DNA of 64,000 nucleotides from an uncultured Pseudomonadota bacterium (GTDB lineage Bacteria; Pseudomonadota; Alphaproteobacteria; UBA9219): NCBI GenBank assembly GCA_903875345.1, contig CAIQVS010000210.1:11861-75860 (forward strand). Direction: 5' to 3'. Position 1 is the stretch's first letter; each line of letters opens with the position of its first letter. Shown here in pieces: positions 19,055 through 29,887 of this stretch. The position numbers and the translations under genes are program-made. Under the pieces are notes generated by a model. The model made no database searches, was not told the origin of the DNA, and saw nothing but the letters and a program-made list of their open reading frames with translations.

Positions 19055-19803
19055 CAGGTGATCTTGTTAAACAGTCGGTTCCAGCGTACCGAGGCCGGCC
19101 ATTTCCACACTTGCCAGAAGGGGGTATTGTCGTCGAGCGAGAAGAACAGGAATTCGGCTTTGCCGACCAGATTTTCCTCCGGCACATAGCCGACATTTTT
19201 GGTACGGCTGTCTTGCGAATTATCGCGATTGTCGCCCATGAAAAAATAATGGTGCGGCGGTACGACGAAAAGATCGGTGTTGTCGAGCGGCATATCGTCG
19301 CCGAGCTTGCGGATAACATGGTTCACGCCGTCCGGCAGATGCTCGATGTAATCGGTGGCATGGTCGGTGCTTGGCATGTTCGTGCCGCCAAGCGGTGTCT
19401 CCAGCCGATCCCGATCGACAGGAACGCCGTTGATGTAAAGCTGGCCTTTCCGCATCTGGATCGTGTCGCCCGGCAGACCGATCAGACGTTTGATATAGTC
19501 GGTCGTATTGTCGCGCGGGGTCTTGAACACCACGACATCGCCACGGTGTGGCTGATGTTCGAAAATGCGGCCCTCAAAAGGCGCCAGACCCCAGAAGGTC
19601 CCGGTACGGCCATAACCGTAGGAATATTTCGAGACAAACAGGAAATCGCCCACCAGAAGGCTTGGCACCATCGAGCTTGAGGGTATGTTAAAAGGCTCGA
19701 ACGCCAGCGTGCGGATGATCATGGCGATGATCAGCGCCGTGATTAACGTGCGCACCAGTTCGGGAAACCCCTCATCGGCTGGGGGAAGAGATGAATTGGC
19801 CAT
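19054..19803 (-). CDS. lepB: Signal peptidase I
   Basis: S26 boxes are present: IPSSSMVPSL, YIKRLIGLPGD and GDNRDNSQDSR. There is an N-terminal TM helix. Confidence 0.93.
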   Translation of the reverse strand: MANSSLPPADEGFPELVRTLITALIIAMIIRTLAFEPFNIPSSSMVPSLLVGDFLFVSKYSYGYGRTGTFWGLAPFEGRIFEHQPHRGDVVVFKTPRDNTTDYIKRLIGLPGDTIQMRKGQLYINGVPVDRDRLETPLGGTNMPSTDHATDYIEHLPDGVNHVIRKLGDDMPLDNTDLFVVPPHHYFFMGDNRDNSQDSRTKNVGYVPEENLVGKAEFLFFSLDDNTPFWQVWKWPASVRWNRLFNKIT

Positions 19804-19902
19804 AAGAGATCGACTACCTGCAAAGGCTAGGGATTAAACTTTACCCAGTGATAGCACGGGACGGGGTTTAAACAAGACCGGGAAAATGGCTGTCGGCCTC
19901 CT

Positions 19903-19936
19903 GAAACAACAAGGGCGATGCCGAAGCACCGCCCTT
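19903..19936 (-). terminator. Intrinsic terminator of the phasin gene
   Basis: On the minus strand, AAGGGCG-GTGCTTCGGCAT-CGCCCTT is followed by GTTGTTTC, about 40 nt after the phasin stop. Confidence 0.55.
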
Positions 19937-19977
19937 GAATCACGTTTTAATTATAAAGGCTTAAGGCTTGATAAAGA

Positions 19978-20379
19978 TCAGGCTGTACGGACTTTTTCCA
20001 TGATCTTGCTGACGGTGCTGTTGGCGTGCTGGCTAACCGGCTCAAACACGTCCTTGAACACGCGCGCTGAAATTTCCGACAATTTGTTGGTGCTGGCGAG
20101 GATGTGATCAAGGGTTTCCTTCACATGCTCGTTTTGCAGTTCAACCATTTCGCTCAGTGACTTGGCGCTCAGGATCGTCTTGCTGGCGTTGACGGCTCGA
20201 TTGAACCCTTCTTGGCTCAACGAGGTGGCGCTGCGGGTCGTTTCGTCCCAACCCTTGGTCAAGGCCGAGCTTGATTTAAGCGCGACGTTCCATGAATCGC
20301 GGGCGAAGGCGTTCATGTCTTCAACGGTCTTGGCTAACTGTTCCTTGGCTTTTTCCATGTGTTCGACGGTGGCGATCAT
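19978..20379 (-). CDS. Phasin (PHA granule-associated protein, Phasin_2-like)
   Basis: 133-aa all-helical protein. AAGGAG SD lies 7 nt upstream of ATG 20379. The longer tracked ORF upstream has lower third-position GC and contains operator-like palindromes. Confidence 0.8.
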   Translation of the reverse strand: MIATVEHMEKAKEQLAKTVEDMNAFARDSWNVALKSSSALTKGWDETTRSATSLSQEGFNRAVNASKTILSAKSLSEMVELQNEHVKETLDHILASTNKLSEISARVFKDVFEPVSQHANSTVSKIMEKVRTA

Positions 20380-20439
20380 TGCAAAACTCCTTGGTTGGAC
20401 GGGTTGAACGACAGATTCGGTCTTGGGACAGGATCGTGT

Positions 20440-20450
20440 CTGCGCTGCAG
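20440..20450. promoter_or_regulatory. CTGC-N3-GCAG palindrome (PhaR-type operator candidate), proximal
   Basis: CTGCGCTGCAG lies 61 nt upstream of the phasin ATG. Confidence 0.4.
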
Positions 20451-20563
20451 GCGACGGCTGCGACGCAACAGGCTTCTCTCCGCGTGACTTTACGGAGGCG
20501 ACCTTGCCCTTTTTGTTTTTGGCAGATGGTTTGGCAGACATTATAGTTAACATTCTCCATTTA

Positions 20564-20574
20564 CTGCACTGCAG
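20564..20574. promoter_or_regulatory. CTGC-N3-GCAG palindrome (PhaR-type operator candidate), distal
   Basis: CTGCACTGCAG lies 185 nt upstream of the phasin ATG, in the divergent region shared with the carboxypeptidase gene. Confidence 0.4.
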
Positions 20575-20677
20575 CAATTTAAGATAGATTAACAGATTCG
20601 TCAATAGCGCTTGCATTCGCGGCAGCGAAAATTCATGCTGGCAACCGGTTTTTACGAATCACGTGGGGCAAGGATAG

Positions 20678-22021
20678 ATGATTTTTCCGTCAGGTCGCAA
20701 ATCAATAATATCTATACTTTCCATTGTCTTAGTGTGTGCTGTGGGTGTCGTGTCATGGCCGGAGCAAGCCTCTGCAAAAACGCACCATAAGAAGCACCAT
20801 GTAACACACGCTGCGGTTGATCGTACGGCCAGCTATGCCGATATCGTAATCGACGCCGAAACCGGGCAAATTCTGCATGCGACCAACCCTGACCGGTTGC
20901 GCCATCCTGCATCATTGACCAAAATGATGACGCTGTACATTACCTTCCAAGCGCTCGAAGCCGGGAAAATCGGCTACAACCAGTACTTGCCGATTTCCGC
21001 CAATGCCGCCGAGCAAGCCCCCTCCAAGCTTGGGCTCCGTCCCGGCCAACGCATTCGGGTCGAAGACGCCATCCTTGGACTTGTGACGGAATCGGCGAAT
21101 GACGCGGCGGTTGTTTTGGCGGAATGGCTGGGCGGCAGCGAGCATGGATTTGCCCAACTTATGACGCGACAGGCGCGGGCGCTCGGTATGACGCGCACCA
21201 ATTTCGACAATCCTTCCGGTTTACCCGACGATGGGCAAATTACGACGGCGCGCGATATGGCGATCCTCGGCGACGCGCTGATCCATCATTATCCGCAGTT
21301 TTATCCCTTCTTCAGCCGCGACAGCTTTACCTATGCCGGATTGTATCATCACAACCACAATCATCTGATGGACCGCTATGACGGCATGGACGGGATCAAG
21401 ACCGGCTATATTCGCGCTTCGGGATTCAATCTGGTCGCGTCCGCCAAGCGCGGCAATGTGCGTTTGATCGGCGTCGTGTTCGGCGGCCATTCGGCGGTCG
21501 CGCGCGACAACCAGATGGCGCAACTGCTCGATGAGGCTTTCGACAAGGCGCAGAAAGACAGAACGGACAATCGCACCGCGAGCCGACAACCCGCCGTTCA
21601 GCAGGATCAAACCGATGGCGCGCAAGGCGACAGCAACGATAACGCCGTCGAGAATGTTCAATATGTGACGTTGCCAGCGAAAGTCGCCGCCATTTTCCCG
21701 TCTCAAAATGAAGTGCCGGAACGCAAACCGCAACCGCAAGCCGCGCCGCCGGAAATGGTGGCGGTCACAACCAACGGCTGGGGCGTGCAGATCGGCGCTT
21801 ACAGCGATCCGGTCATCGGGCGTCAGGCGTTGGTCAATGCCGTGGCGGGTGCGCCGACGCTGCTCGGCAAAGCCGAGCGGCAGCTCGTACCCACTTCGAC
21901 GACGAGCGGTGGCGTGGTCTATCGTGCGCGGCTGGTCAATATCGATGCAAAAACCGCGCAGGATGCTTGCGTCACCCTGATCCATCAGGGCATTAATTGT
22001 CTTCCCGTCGGTACGCAGTAA
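20678..22021 (+). CDS. D-alanyl-D-alanine carboxypeptidase (S11 PBP5/6-like) with C-terminal SPOR domain
   Basis: It has a signal peptide, SLTKMMT (SxxK), SAND-like ESANDAA (SxN) and KTGY (KTG). The C-terminus GWGVQIGAYSD...YRARLVNIDAKTAQDAC is SPOR-like. AAGGA SD lies 4 nt upstream. Confidence 0.88.
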   Translation: MIFPSGRKSIISILSIVLVCAVGVVSWPEQASAKTHHKKHHVTHAAVDRTASYADIVIDAETGQILHATNPDRLRHPASLTKMMTLYITFQALEAGKIGYNQYLPISANAAEQAPSKLGLRPGQRIRVEDAILGLVTESANDAAVVLAEWLGGSEHGFAQLMTRQARALGMTRTNFDNPSGLPDDGQITTARDMAILGDALIHHYPQFYPFFSRDSFTYAGLYHHNHNHLMDRYDGMDGIKTGYIRASGFNLVASAKRGNVRLIGVVFGGHSAVARDNQMAQLLDEAFDKAQKDRTDNRTASRQPAVQQDQTDGAQGDSNDNAVENVQYVTLPAKVAAIFPSQNEVPERKPQPQAAPPEMVAVTTNGWGVQIGAYSDPVIGRQALVNAVAGAPTLLGKAERQLVPTSTTSGGVVYRARLVNIDAKTAQDACVTLIHQGINCLPVGTQ

Positions 22022-22032
22022 GGGATCATTAC

Positions 22033-23610
22033 ATGATGTCCCCGCTTTCTTCAAAACGTCCCCGCCCCGTCGTGCTGTGCGTTCTGGACGGTTGGGGCTT
22101 TCGCGCCGACGCGGCGGACAATGCCGTAACGCGCGCCAACGCTCCCGTGTTTCGCCGCGTCTGGGAGACGTGCCCGCATGCGCTGCTCGATGCGTCCGAA
22201 GAACATGTCGGATTGCCCAAAGGCCAGATCGGCAATTCCGAGGTCGGACACATGAATCTCGGTGCCGGTCGCGTGGTTTTTCAGGATTTGCCGATGATCG
22301 ATCGCGCCATTGAACGCGGCGAACTGGAGAAAAACGCGGCGCTGCAGGATTTGATCGCCAAACTGAAACGAAGCAACGGCACCTGCCATATTATGGGGCT
22401 GGCCTCGCCCGGCGGTGTTCATGCGCATCAGGATCATATGGTCGCGCTGGCTCAGATTGTCACAAACGCCGGGGTTCCGGTCACGGTGCACGCTTTCCTC
22501 GATGGCCGCGACGTGCCGCCGCAAAGCGCCGCCGGACAGATTGAGAAATTCGCCGCCGATCTGCGCAAGATCGACGTTCGTACCGTCGGCAAGGCGCGGC
22601 TCGCCACGCTTTGCGGTCGTTACTATGCGATGGATCGCGACAAGCGCTGGGAGCGGGTCGAGAAAGCCTATGACCTTCTGACCGACGGCGCGGGCGTGCG
22701 CGTCGACGACGCCGTTGCCGCGATCAAGGCGAGTTATGCCGCCGGCGTGAACGACGAATTTGTGTTGCCCGTCGCGCTGAACGGCTATGCCGGAATGAAG
22801 GATGGCGACGGCATCCTGTTCGCCAATTTCCGCGCCGACCGCGCGCGGGAAATTCTGGCGGCTTTGCTCGATCCGGCCTTCAACGGCTTCCAACGCAAGA
22901 AACCGATACGTTTCGCCGCCGCCGCCGGAATGGTCGAGTATTCCGATCAGCTCAATCCGCTCATGACCGCTTTGTTCCCGCCGAAGCAGATCGAGAACAC
23001 GCTCGGTGCGATCATGGCGCGCGAAGGCTTGAAACAACTGCGCATCGCCGAAACCGAGAAATATCCGCACGTGACGTTTTTCTTCAACGGCGGGCGTGAA
23101 GAGCCCTACAACGGCGAAGACCGGATCATGGTGCCGTCGCCCAAGGTCGCCACCTACGATCTGCAGCCGGAGATGTCGGCCAACGAAGTCACTGACCGGG
23201 TTGTCACGGCGATCGACAGCGGCATGTATGATTTCATCGTCCTGAATTACGCCAATCCCGATATGGTCGGTCATACCGGCTTCTTCGACGCGGCGGTCAG
23301 GGCAGTCGAGGCCATCGACCATAATCTGGAGCGCTTGTTCTCAGCCGTCGAAAAGCAGGACGGCATCGTGCTGCTGACTGCCGATCACGGCAACTGCGAG
23401 ACGATGCATGACGCGACCACCAACGGCCCGCACACGGCGCATACGCTGGTGCGGGTTCCGGTGATCCTGATCAACGCGCCAAAGGATGTGAAAGCCTTGC
23501 ACGACGGCAAGCTTGCCGACGTCGCGCCGACTTTGTTGGAGCTGATGGGGATGGCAAAGCCGGATGTCATGGACGGGGCAAGTTTGATTGTGCGGGATGG
23601 CCGCGCATGA
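22033..23610 (+). CDS. gpmI: 2,3-bisphosphoglycerate-independent phosphoglycerate mutase
   Basis: It has VLCVLDGWG, GNSEVGHMNLGAGR and ADHGNCE motifs. ATG 22033 follows an AAGGGA SD. Confidence 0.95.
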   Translation: MMSPLSSKRPRPVVLCVLDGWGFRADAADNAVTRANAPVFRRVWETCPHALLDASEEHVGLPKGQIGNSEVGHMNLGAGRVVFQDLPMIDRAIERGELEKNAALQDLIAKLKRSNGTCHIMGLASPGGVHAHQDHMVALAQIVTNAGVPVTVHAFLDGRDVPPQSAAGQIEKFAADLRKIDVRTVGKARLATLCGRYYAMDRDKRWERVEKAYDLLTDGAGVRVDDAVAAIKASYAAGVNDEFVLPVALNGYAGMKDGDGILFANFRADRAREILAALLDPAFNGFQRKKPIRFAAAAGMVEYSDQLNPLMTALFPPKQIENTLGAIMAREGLKQLRIAETEKYPHVTFFFNGGREEPYNGEDRIMVPSPKVATYDLQPEMSANEVTDRVVTAIDSGMYDFIVLNYANPDMVGHTGFFDAAVRAVEAIDHNLERLFSAVEKQDGIVLLTADHGNCETMHDATTNGPHTAHTLVRVPVILINAPKDVKALHDGKLADVAPTLLELMGMAKPDVMDGASLIVRDGRA

Positions 23611-23620
23611 TGGGGCGCAG

Positions 23621-25528
23621 ATGATGATCAAGAGCCCCCTTGCTTCAACACTTCGTGCCACTGCCGCGATTTTTCGTCCGCCCTTTGACGGGCTGTGGCT
23701 GGTCGCGCTTCTCTATATCGTTTTCTGTTATGTCGCCTATCCGCACAGCGCCGTTTTGCGCGGCGATTTGCCGGATACCGACGATTACATGTATCTCAAT
23801 CAGGTGATCGACTGGATGAAGGGTCAAGGCTGGTACGACAACATCCAGCACCGCCTCGATCCGCCGGTAGGCGTGCCGATCCATTTCTCGCGCCTTGCGC
23901 AATTGCCGATGGCGGCGTTGCTGGGATTGTTCGAGCTTTGCGGCCTCGGTCCGCGCGGCGCCGGAACCGTGATGGCGACGATTTATCCGGTGATTTTGTT
24001 GGGCTGCTTTTTTGCGACGCTGCGCTGGGTCGCGGAAAGTTTCGTGCCAAAGGAATGGGCGGGAGCGTCGGCTTTCGTCGCCCTGTTTTCGGGCGGCGCG
24101 CTCTTCATGTTTCGTCCCGGCCATATCGATCATCACGGCCTGATCGTCATTCTGGTCGCGTTGGCTATGGGGTGCGTTCTGCGCATGATGGAACGTCCTG
24201 ACCAGCGGCGGTGGGCGGTTTATGCCGGACTCATTATGGCAGCGGGACAGACGATCGCGCTGGAGATTCTGCCGTGGCTGTTGCTGCTGTCGGGCTGGGT
24301 TGGGCTTTGGGCGGTCGTCAAGGGTAAGGCGGCGGCGTGGCAAAGTCTGCTGTATAGCCTTGTTTTCTGTGTCATCAGTTTTGTCTGCCTTGCGTTGACG
24401 CGACCGCCTTCCGACCTGATGACAATCGACGTCCTGACTTACTCGATCGTCTATGTCATTCTGGCGGCAGGGATTGCCGTAACTTTTGCCGGTATAGCTC
24501 TGGTTGCCAATGCATCCGCATTTCTGCGTTGGATAATCGGTGGTGGCTTGGCGGTCGGGATCGGTTTTCTGTTCCTGCGGCATTTTCCGGAGCTGGTTGT
24601 CGGTCCCTATGGCGGGATCGATCCGGCGCTGGCGCAAATCATCCTTGACGAGATTGAAGAAGCGCTGCCTTTCAAGACGGCGCGCAACAGCTGGTTCGAT
24701 ATTTCCCGGATCGCCGTGCCGACTTGGATCGCGATGATTGTCCTGATTCGGATTCTTTGCGACCGGACGCGGCGACCGGATGAGCGCTGGCGCTGGGGGC
24801 TGCAATTCCTGATGCTTGCCGCCGCTTTCGCCCTGTCGATGTTCTATCAGCGCCGGTTCGTGGCGATGATGGGAATGTTAACCATCATTCCGCTGACGGC
24901 GCTTCTGCAAACGGGTTGGGTTGCGATTGGCGAGCGTTGGCGGGGGCGCGCGCGAACCTATGCCGAAATCGGCCTCGTGCTTCTGGTTGGGCCTCTGCCC
25001 GCCATTCTTTATCCGGCGATTCTTGACGGGCGCAGCTTCAACACCGGCATCCTGATGTTTGGCGCGGGAACGTCGGCATCGACCGACAAATGCGAGATGT
25101 ATGAACTTGAAAACGCCCTGCGCGACAAGGCCGCTTACGGCGACCGGCCACGCCTGATCATGAACACGATCAGTTCCGGGCCGGAGATTTTGTTCCGCAC
25201 CGACCACAGCGTTCTGTCGGCGCCCTTTCATATGGATGTCGCCGGAAACGTCGATGCCACGCGCTTTTTCTCGACGCCTTATCCGGAGGAAGCCGAGGCG
25301 ATTGCCCGCCGCCGCCATATCGATCTGGTGGTCGCCTGTCGCGCTTTTCCCGAAGTCTATGTGCGCGTCTCCCCTTCCAAGGAGCTTCGCCAAGGCGATG
25401 CGATCGATGATTTCGCGCCGCATTTCATTCAGCGCCTGATGCTCAACAAAGTGCCGTCCTGGTTGAAGGAGGCGCAGATTCCGGGACTCGTTAACTATGC
25501 CGTGTACGAAGTGCATTTGTCGCCGTGA
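23621..25528 (+). CDS. Large polytopic membrane protein, possible GT-C-fold glycosyltransferase (STT3/ArnT-like)
   Basis: It has at least 10 hydrophobic segments. The first loop carries acidic DTDDYMY. A soluble C-terminal domain spans about 25000-25528. The start is uncertain (23597, 23621 or 23624). Confidence 0.5.
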   Translation: MMIKSPLASTLRATAAIFRPPFDGLWLVALLYIVFCYVAYPHSAVLRGDLPDTDDYMYLNQVIDWMKGQGWYDNIQHRLDPPVGVPIHFSRLAQLPMAALLGLFELCGLGPRGAGTVMATIYPVILLGCFFATLRWVAESFVPKEWAGASAFVALFSGGALFMFRPGHIDHHGLIVILVALAMGCVLRMMERPDQRRWAVYAGLIMAAGQTIALEILPWLLLLSGWVGLWAVVKGKAAAWQSLLYSLVFCVISFVCLALTRPPSDLMTIDVLTYSIVYVILAAGIAVTFAGIALVANASAFLRWIIGGGLAVGIGFLFLRHFPELVVGPYGGIDPALAQIILDEIEEALPFKTARNSWFDISRIAVPTWIAMIVLIRILCDRTRRPDERWRWGLQFLMLAAAFALSMFYQRRFVAMMGMLTIIPLTALLQTGWVAIGERWRGRARTYAEIGLVLLVGPLPAILYPAILDGRSFNTGILMFGAGTSASTDKCEMYELENALRDKAAYGDRPRLIMNTISSGPEILFRTDHSVLSAPFHMDVAGNVDATRFFSTPYPEEAEAIARRRHIDLVVACRAFPEVYVRVSPSKELRQGDAIDDFAPHFIQRLMLNKVPSWLKEAQIPGLVNYAVYEVHLSP

Positions 25529-25617
25529 TCGACTCGCGTTTCGGATGCGCACGCCGACGTCGTAGTGGTGCGTTTTGACCACACCTGAAAAAAAGTGGCT
25601 GCAACTAAAAATTTTTA

Positions 25618-26042
25618 TTGAATGTTAAAAATTTGGATATATGTTGCGAATTACGGAAGCGCACGTACCACTGGCCCAAGGACGCAAGGGAATACCACCT
25701 TTTCCGTTCCCCACTGGTTTATGTAACGACGCTTTGCCGCCCTGATCGGTCTCGATCGGTCAGGGAACGTGGTATGCAGCAAAGAGTCTTTCTTTTGTCG
25801 GGTGAGCCGCCTGAAAGTTTTTGGCTTAGTCGGCAGAAGAAACCGTCCTTCGTTGTAAGGCAAAGATGGCAGGGTCTGGGTGTCGCTGGTCGTTGATCGC
25901 ATCACGCTATCGCTCCTTATCCTTGAAAGCTTGAACGGTTTTCGTTCATGTCCGGTCCGCGCTTTTGGCAGAATGGGCTTCTTTGCTGCGTTGGTTAACA
26001 ATTGATGCCGTTAGGCATCGAACCAATGAAGGAGCAGGGCCG
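25618..26042 (+). promoter_or_regulatory. Candidate promoter plus roughly 400-nt structured 5' leader of the ornithine decarboxylase operon (possible speF-type RNA element)
   Basis: TTGAAT (25618-25623), a 16-nt spacer, then TATGTT (25640-25645). Stems occur at 25740-25765 and at 25797-25808 paired with 25823-25834. No credible ORF is present. Confidence 0.45.
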
Positions 26043-27335
26043 ATGGATTACAACCCGACAGCCTCCGTGGGCAGTCACATGAGCGCCGGAACCGCCGACA
26101 TTATCGGTAATGATTCCTCAGCCGATTACGGCCTGATGCGTTTCTCCGGCATTGAGGACGCGTTGAAGACGCTGCGTCCCGACCAGTCGGTGCAATGCAT
26201 GCATCCCCATCAGCTGACGGCGGCGGCGCGCGCGTTTGTCGAGCATTTCCCCGGTCACGCGCTTTACGCGGTCAAGGCCAATCCGAGCCCCTATGTGCTG
26301 CAGCGTCTGTATGCCGCCGGCATCAACCATTTCGACGTCGCGTCGCTGAACGAGATCAAGTTGGTGCGCGGGTTGTTCCCGATGGCGCATTTGGCCTTCA
26401 TGCATCCGATCAAGAGCCGCAGCGCAATTCGCAGCGCCTATTTTGATTACGGTGTGCGCGATTTCGTTATCGACACTTTCGAGGAACTGCACAAGATTCT
26501 CGAAGAAACCAAGGTCGCCGCCGACCTCACCATCATTGTGCGCATCAATATGCCGAAGGGCAGCGCCGCTTGTCCTCTGGTCGGAAAATTCGGCTGCCAG
26601 CCCGATGTCGCCGCCACGCTGTTGCAGGACGCGGCTAAGGTCGCGCACAAAGTCGGCGTCTCCTTCCACGTCGGCTCGCAAACAATCGATCCTTCCTCCT
26701 ACGCTTTCGCCATCCAGAAGGCGGGCGAGATCGTGAAGCAATCCGGGGTCGATCTTGACGTGCTGGATGTCGGCGGGGGATTTCCTATTCCGAATCTCGG
26801 CATGGACGTGCCGCCGCTGACGGCTTTCTTCGATGTGATCCGCGAGGAAATCGCCAAGCTCGACCTTCCGCCGACCTGCGAGATTTGGGCCGAGCCGGGG
26901 CGCGCCTTGTCCGGCACCTCGACCACGCTTCTCGTCAAGGTCGAACTGCGCAAGGGCGACGCCCTTTACATCAACGACGGCAGCTACGGCAACATGTTCG
27001 AAGTCGCTTGCATGAAGTGGCGGAACCGCACGCAGTTGATCCGCCCGACGCGCCGTGGCCGCAAGGCTCCGAGCAGAGCGCTTGCGCCGTTCCGGTTCTT
27101 CGGCCCGACCTGCGATTCGGTCGACTATATGCCGGGACCGTTCATGTTGCCGGAGGATGTCTGCGAAGGCGACTGGATCGCTTTGTCCGGCATGGGCTCC
27201 TATATGGCGGCTTCGCAGTCGAATTTTAACGGCTTTCATTCCGACCTTCAGGTTGAAATCGCCGACGAACCGGACGCTTCGGTGACGAAGCGCCGTACGC
27301 GATCGACCGCCAATTTGACGTTGGTTAAAGCCTAA
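26043..27335 (+). CDS. Ornithine (or lysine/ornithine) decarboxylase, alanine-racemase-fold PLP enzyme
   Basis: GAAGGAG SD at 26028-26034. Motifs are YAVKANP (PLP Lys), HVGSQ, GGGFPI and EPGRAL. Confidence 0.9.
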   Translation: MDYNPTASVGSHMSAGTADIIGNDSSADYGLMRFSGIEDALKTLRPDQSVQCMHPHQLTAAARAFVEHFPGHALYAVKANPSPYVLQRLYAAGINHFDVASLNEIKLVRGLFPMAHLAFMHPIKSRSAIRSAYFDYGVRDFVIDTFEELHKILEETKVAADLTIIVRINMPKGSAACPLVGKFGCQPDVAATLLQDAAKVAHKVGVSFHVGSQTIDPSSYAFAIQKAGEIVKQSGVDLDVLDVGGGFPIPNLGMDVPPLTAFFDVIREEIAKLDLPPTCEIWAEPGRALSGTSTTLLVKVELRKGDALYINDGSYGNMFEVACMKWRNRTQLIRPTRRGRKAPSRALAPFRFFGPTCDSVDYMPGPFMLPEDVCEGDWIALSGMGSYMAASQSNFNGFHSDLQVEIADEPDASVTKRRTRSTANLTLVKA

Positions 27336-27446
27336 ACGCGCTCAAGACAGGTTTCGGGACAGGCGTAACTCCAATCATGGTTTGGTGAGGGGTGGGCGGT
27401 GTCTCGGCGTCGATCGGCTGATTAAACAAGGAAAGGAGGATTTTTG

Positions 27447-28651
<1,205 letters not shown>

Positions 28652-28655
<4 letters not shown>

Positions 28656-29842
28656 TCGCTCCTTGCCCAAGCGGGGAAGGCCATGAGACAAGGCTTCGCG
28701 GTTGGTTGGAGGCCATCCCCACCCCCGCCTACGTCGCCGACATCGCGAAGATCAAAAGAAATTTGGCGACGGCGGCGCGGATCAAGCGCGAGACGGGATG
28801 CCGGATTCTGCTGGCGACCAAGGCGTTCGCGATGCCGGTTCTGTTTCCGCTGATGCGCGAGACGCTCGACGGCACCACGTCCAGCGGCTTGTTCGAGGCG
28901 CGTATGGAGCGCGAAGAATTCGACAAGGAAATCCACACCTATATTCCGGCCTATAAGGAAGAGGAATTCGCGCAGATCGTCGAACTGGCCGACTGCGTTT
29001 ATTTTAACTCGGCGTCGCAGGTCGAACGTTACATTGACCGCGTCAAGGCCAAAGGCAAGCGCGCCGGTCTGCGCATCAATCCCGGTTTCTCGAATTCGAC
29101 CGTCGGCGGCGACCTGTATAATCCCTGCGCTCCCTGCTCGCGTTTCGGCGAACTGCCCGCCCAATTCCATCGCATTCCGTGGGACAAGATCGACATTTTG
29201 CATGTGCATACGTTATGCGACTCGCTGCATGACGGCTCGGTCAAACTGATTCAGCATGTCGCCGAGAATTTTGCCGAACAGGTCGGAAAGGTCAAAGCGG
29301 TCAATTTCGGCGGCGGACATTACTTTAATCACCCCGATTACGATGTTGACGCTTTTATCGCGGCGATCAGGAATTTCCGCGCCATATTCCCGCACGTCGA
29401 AATCTATTTCGAACCCGGCGGCGCGTTGGTTTACGACGCCGGATATTTGGTGGCGACGGTCCTCGATTTCCATTTCAACGCCAAACCTTTGGCGATTCTC
29501 GATACCTCCGCCAACAACCACATGCCGATCGTGCTGCAAGCCCATTACCGCCAGCCCTTGCAAGGCGCGGGCAAGCCGGGCGAATTTCCGCACACGTACG
29601 TTCTTGGCGGCAACATGTGCATGACCGGCGACGTGATCGGCGAATATTCTTTTCCAAAGCCGCTTAAGGTCGGCGACCGTCTGGTGTTCGAGGACATGAT
29701 TCAGTACAGCTTTGTTCAGAACAACACGTTTAACGGCGTGCCTCTGCCCGATTTGTTCGTCCTTCACGAGGATGGAACCGTCCAACGCGCCAGCGCCTTC
29801 GGCTATGAGGATTTCCGCTCGCGTCTGGGTTTTCCGGCGTAA
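28652..29842 (+). CDS. nspC: Carboxy(nor)spermidine decarboxylase
   Basis: It shares an ATGA overlap with the preceding gene. It has LLATKAF (PLP Lys), NFGGGH and EPGGALV motifs. Confidence 0.85.
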
Positions 29843-29887
29843 GGCTAACGCTTGTCCAAGCTTGGCGGATCGACGCATACTCGGCGG

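Noticed and set aside
20380-20541. A lysine-rich N-terminal extension of the phasin (MSAKPSAKNKKGKVASVKS...) that resembles the tail of the SnoaL-like protein (SAPKSKKVASSKS)
   Set aside because: The extension has lower third-position GC than the phasin body. It contains an operator-like palindrome. Its ATG has a poorly spaced SD, whereas ATG 20379 has AAGGAG at ideal spacing. The peptide similarity is probably low-complexity coincidence, though a long isoform cannot be excluded.
22051-23322. A 423-aa ORF antisense to gpmI. Similar long antisense ORFs occur at 2653-3726, 16024-17202, 23645-24805, 26118-27239, 27546-28691, 29213-30208 and 52443-53384.
   Set aside because: Each lies opposite a gene with clear family motifs. 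All have Arg/Gly/Asp-rich low-information translations and no SD-supported starts.
25618-25896. A 92-aa ORF inside the ODC leader
   Set aside because: It has a TTG start without an SD and an arbitrary composition. It overlaps the predicted promoter and stems, so it is better explained as untranslated leader.
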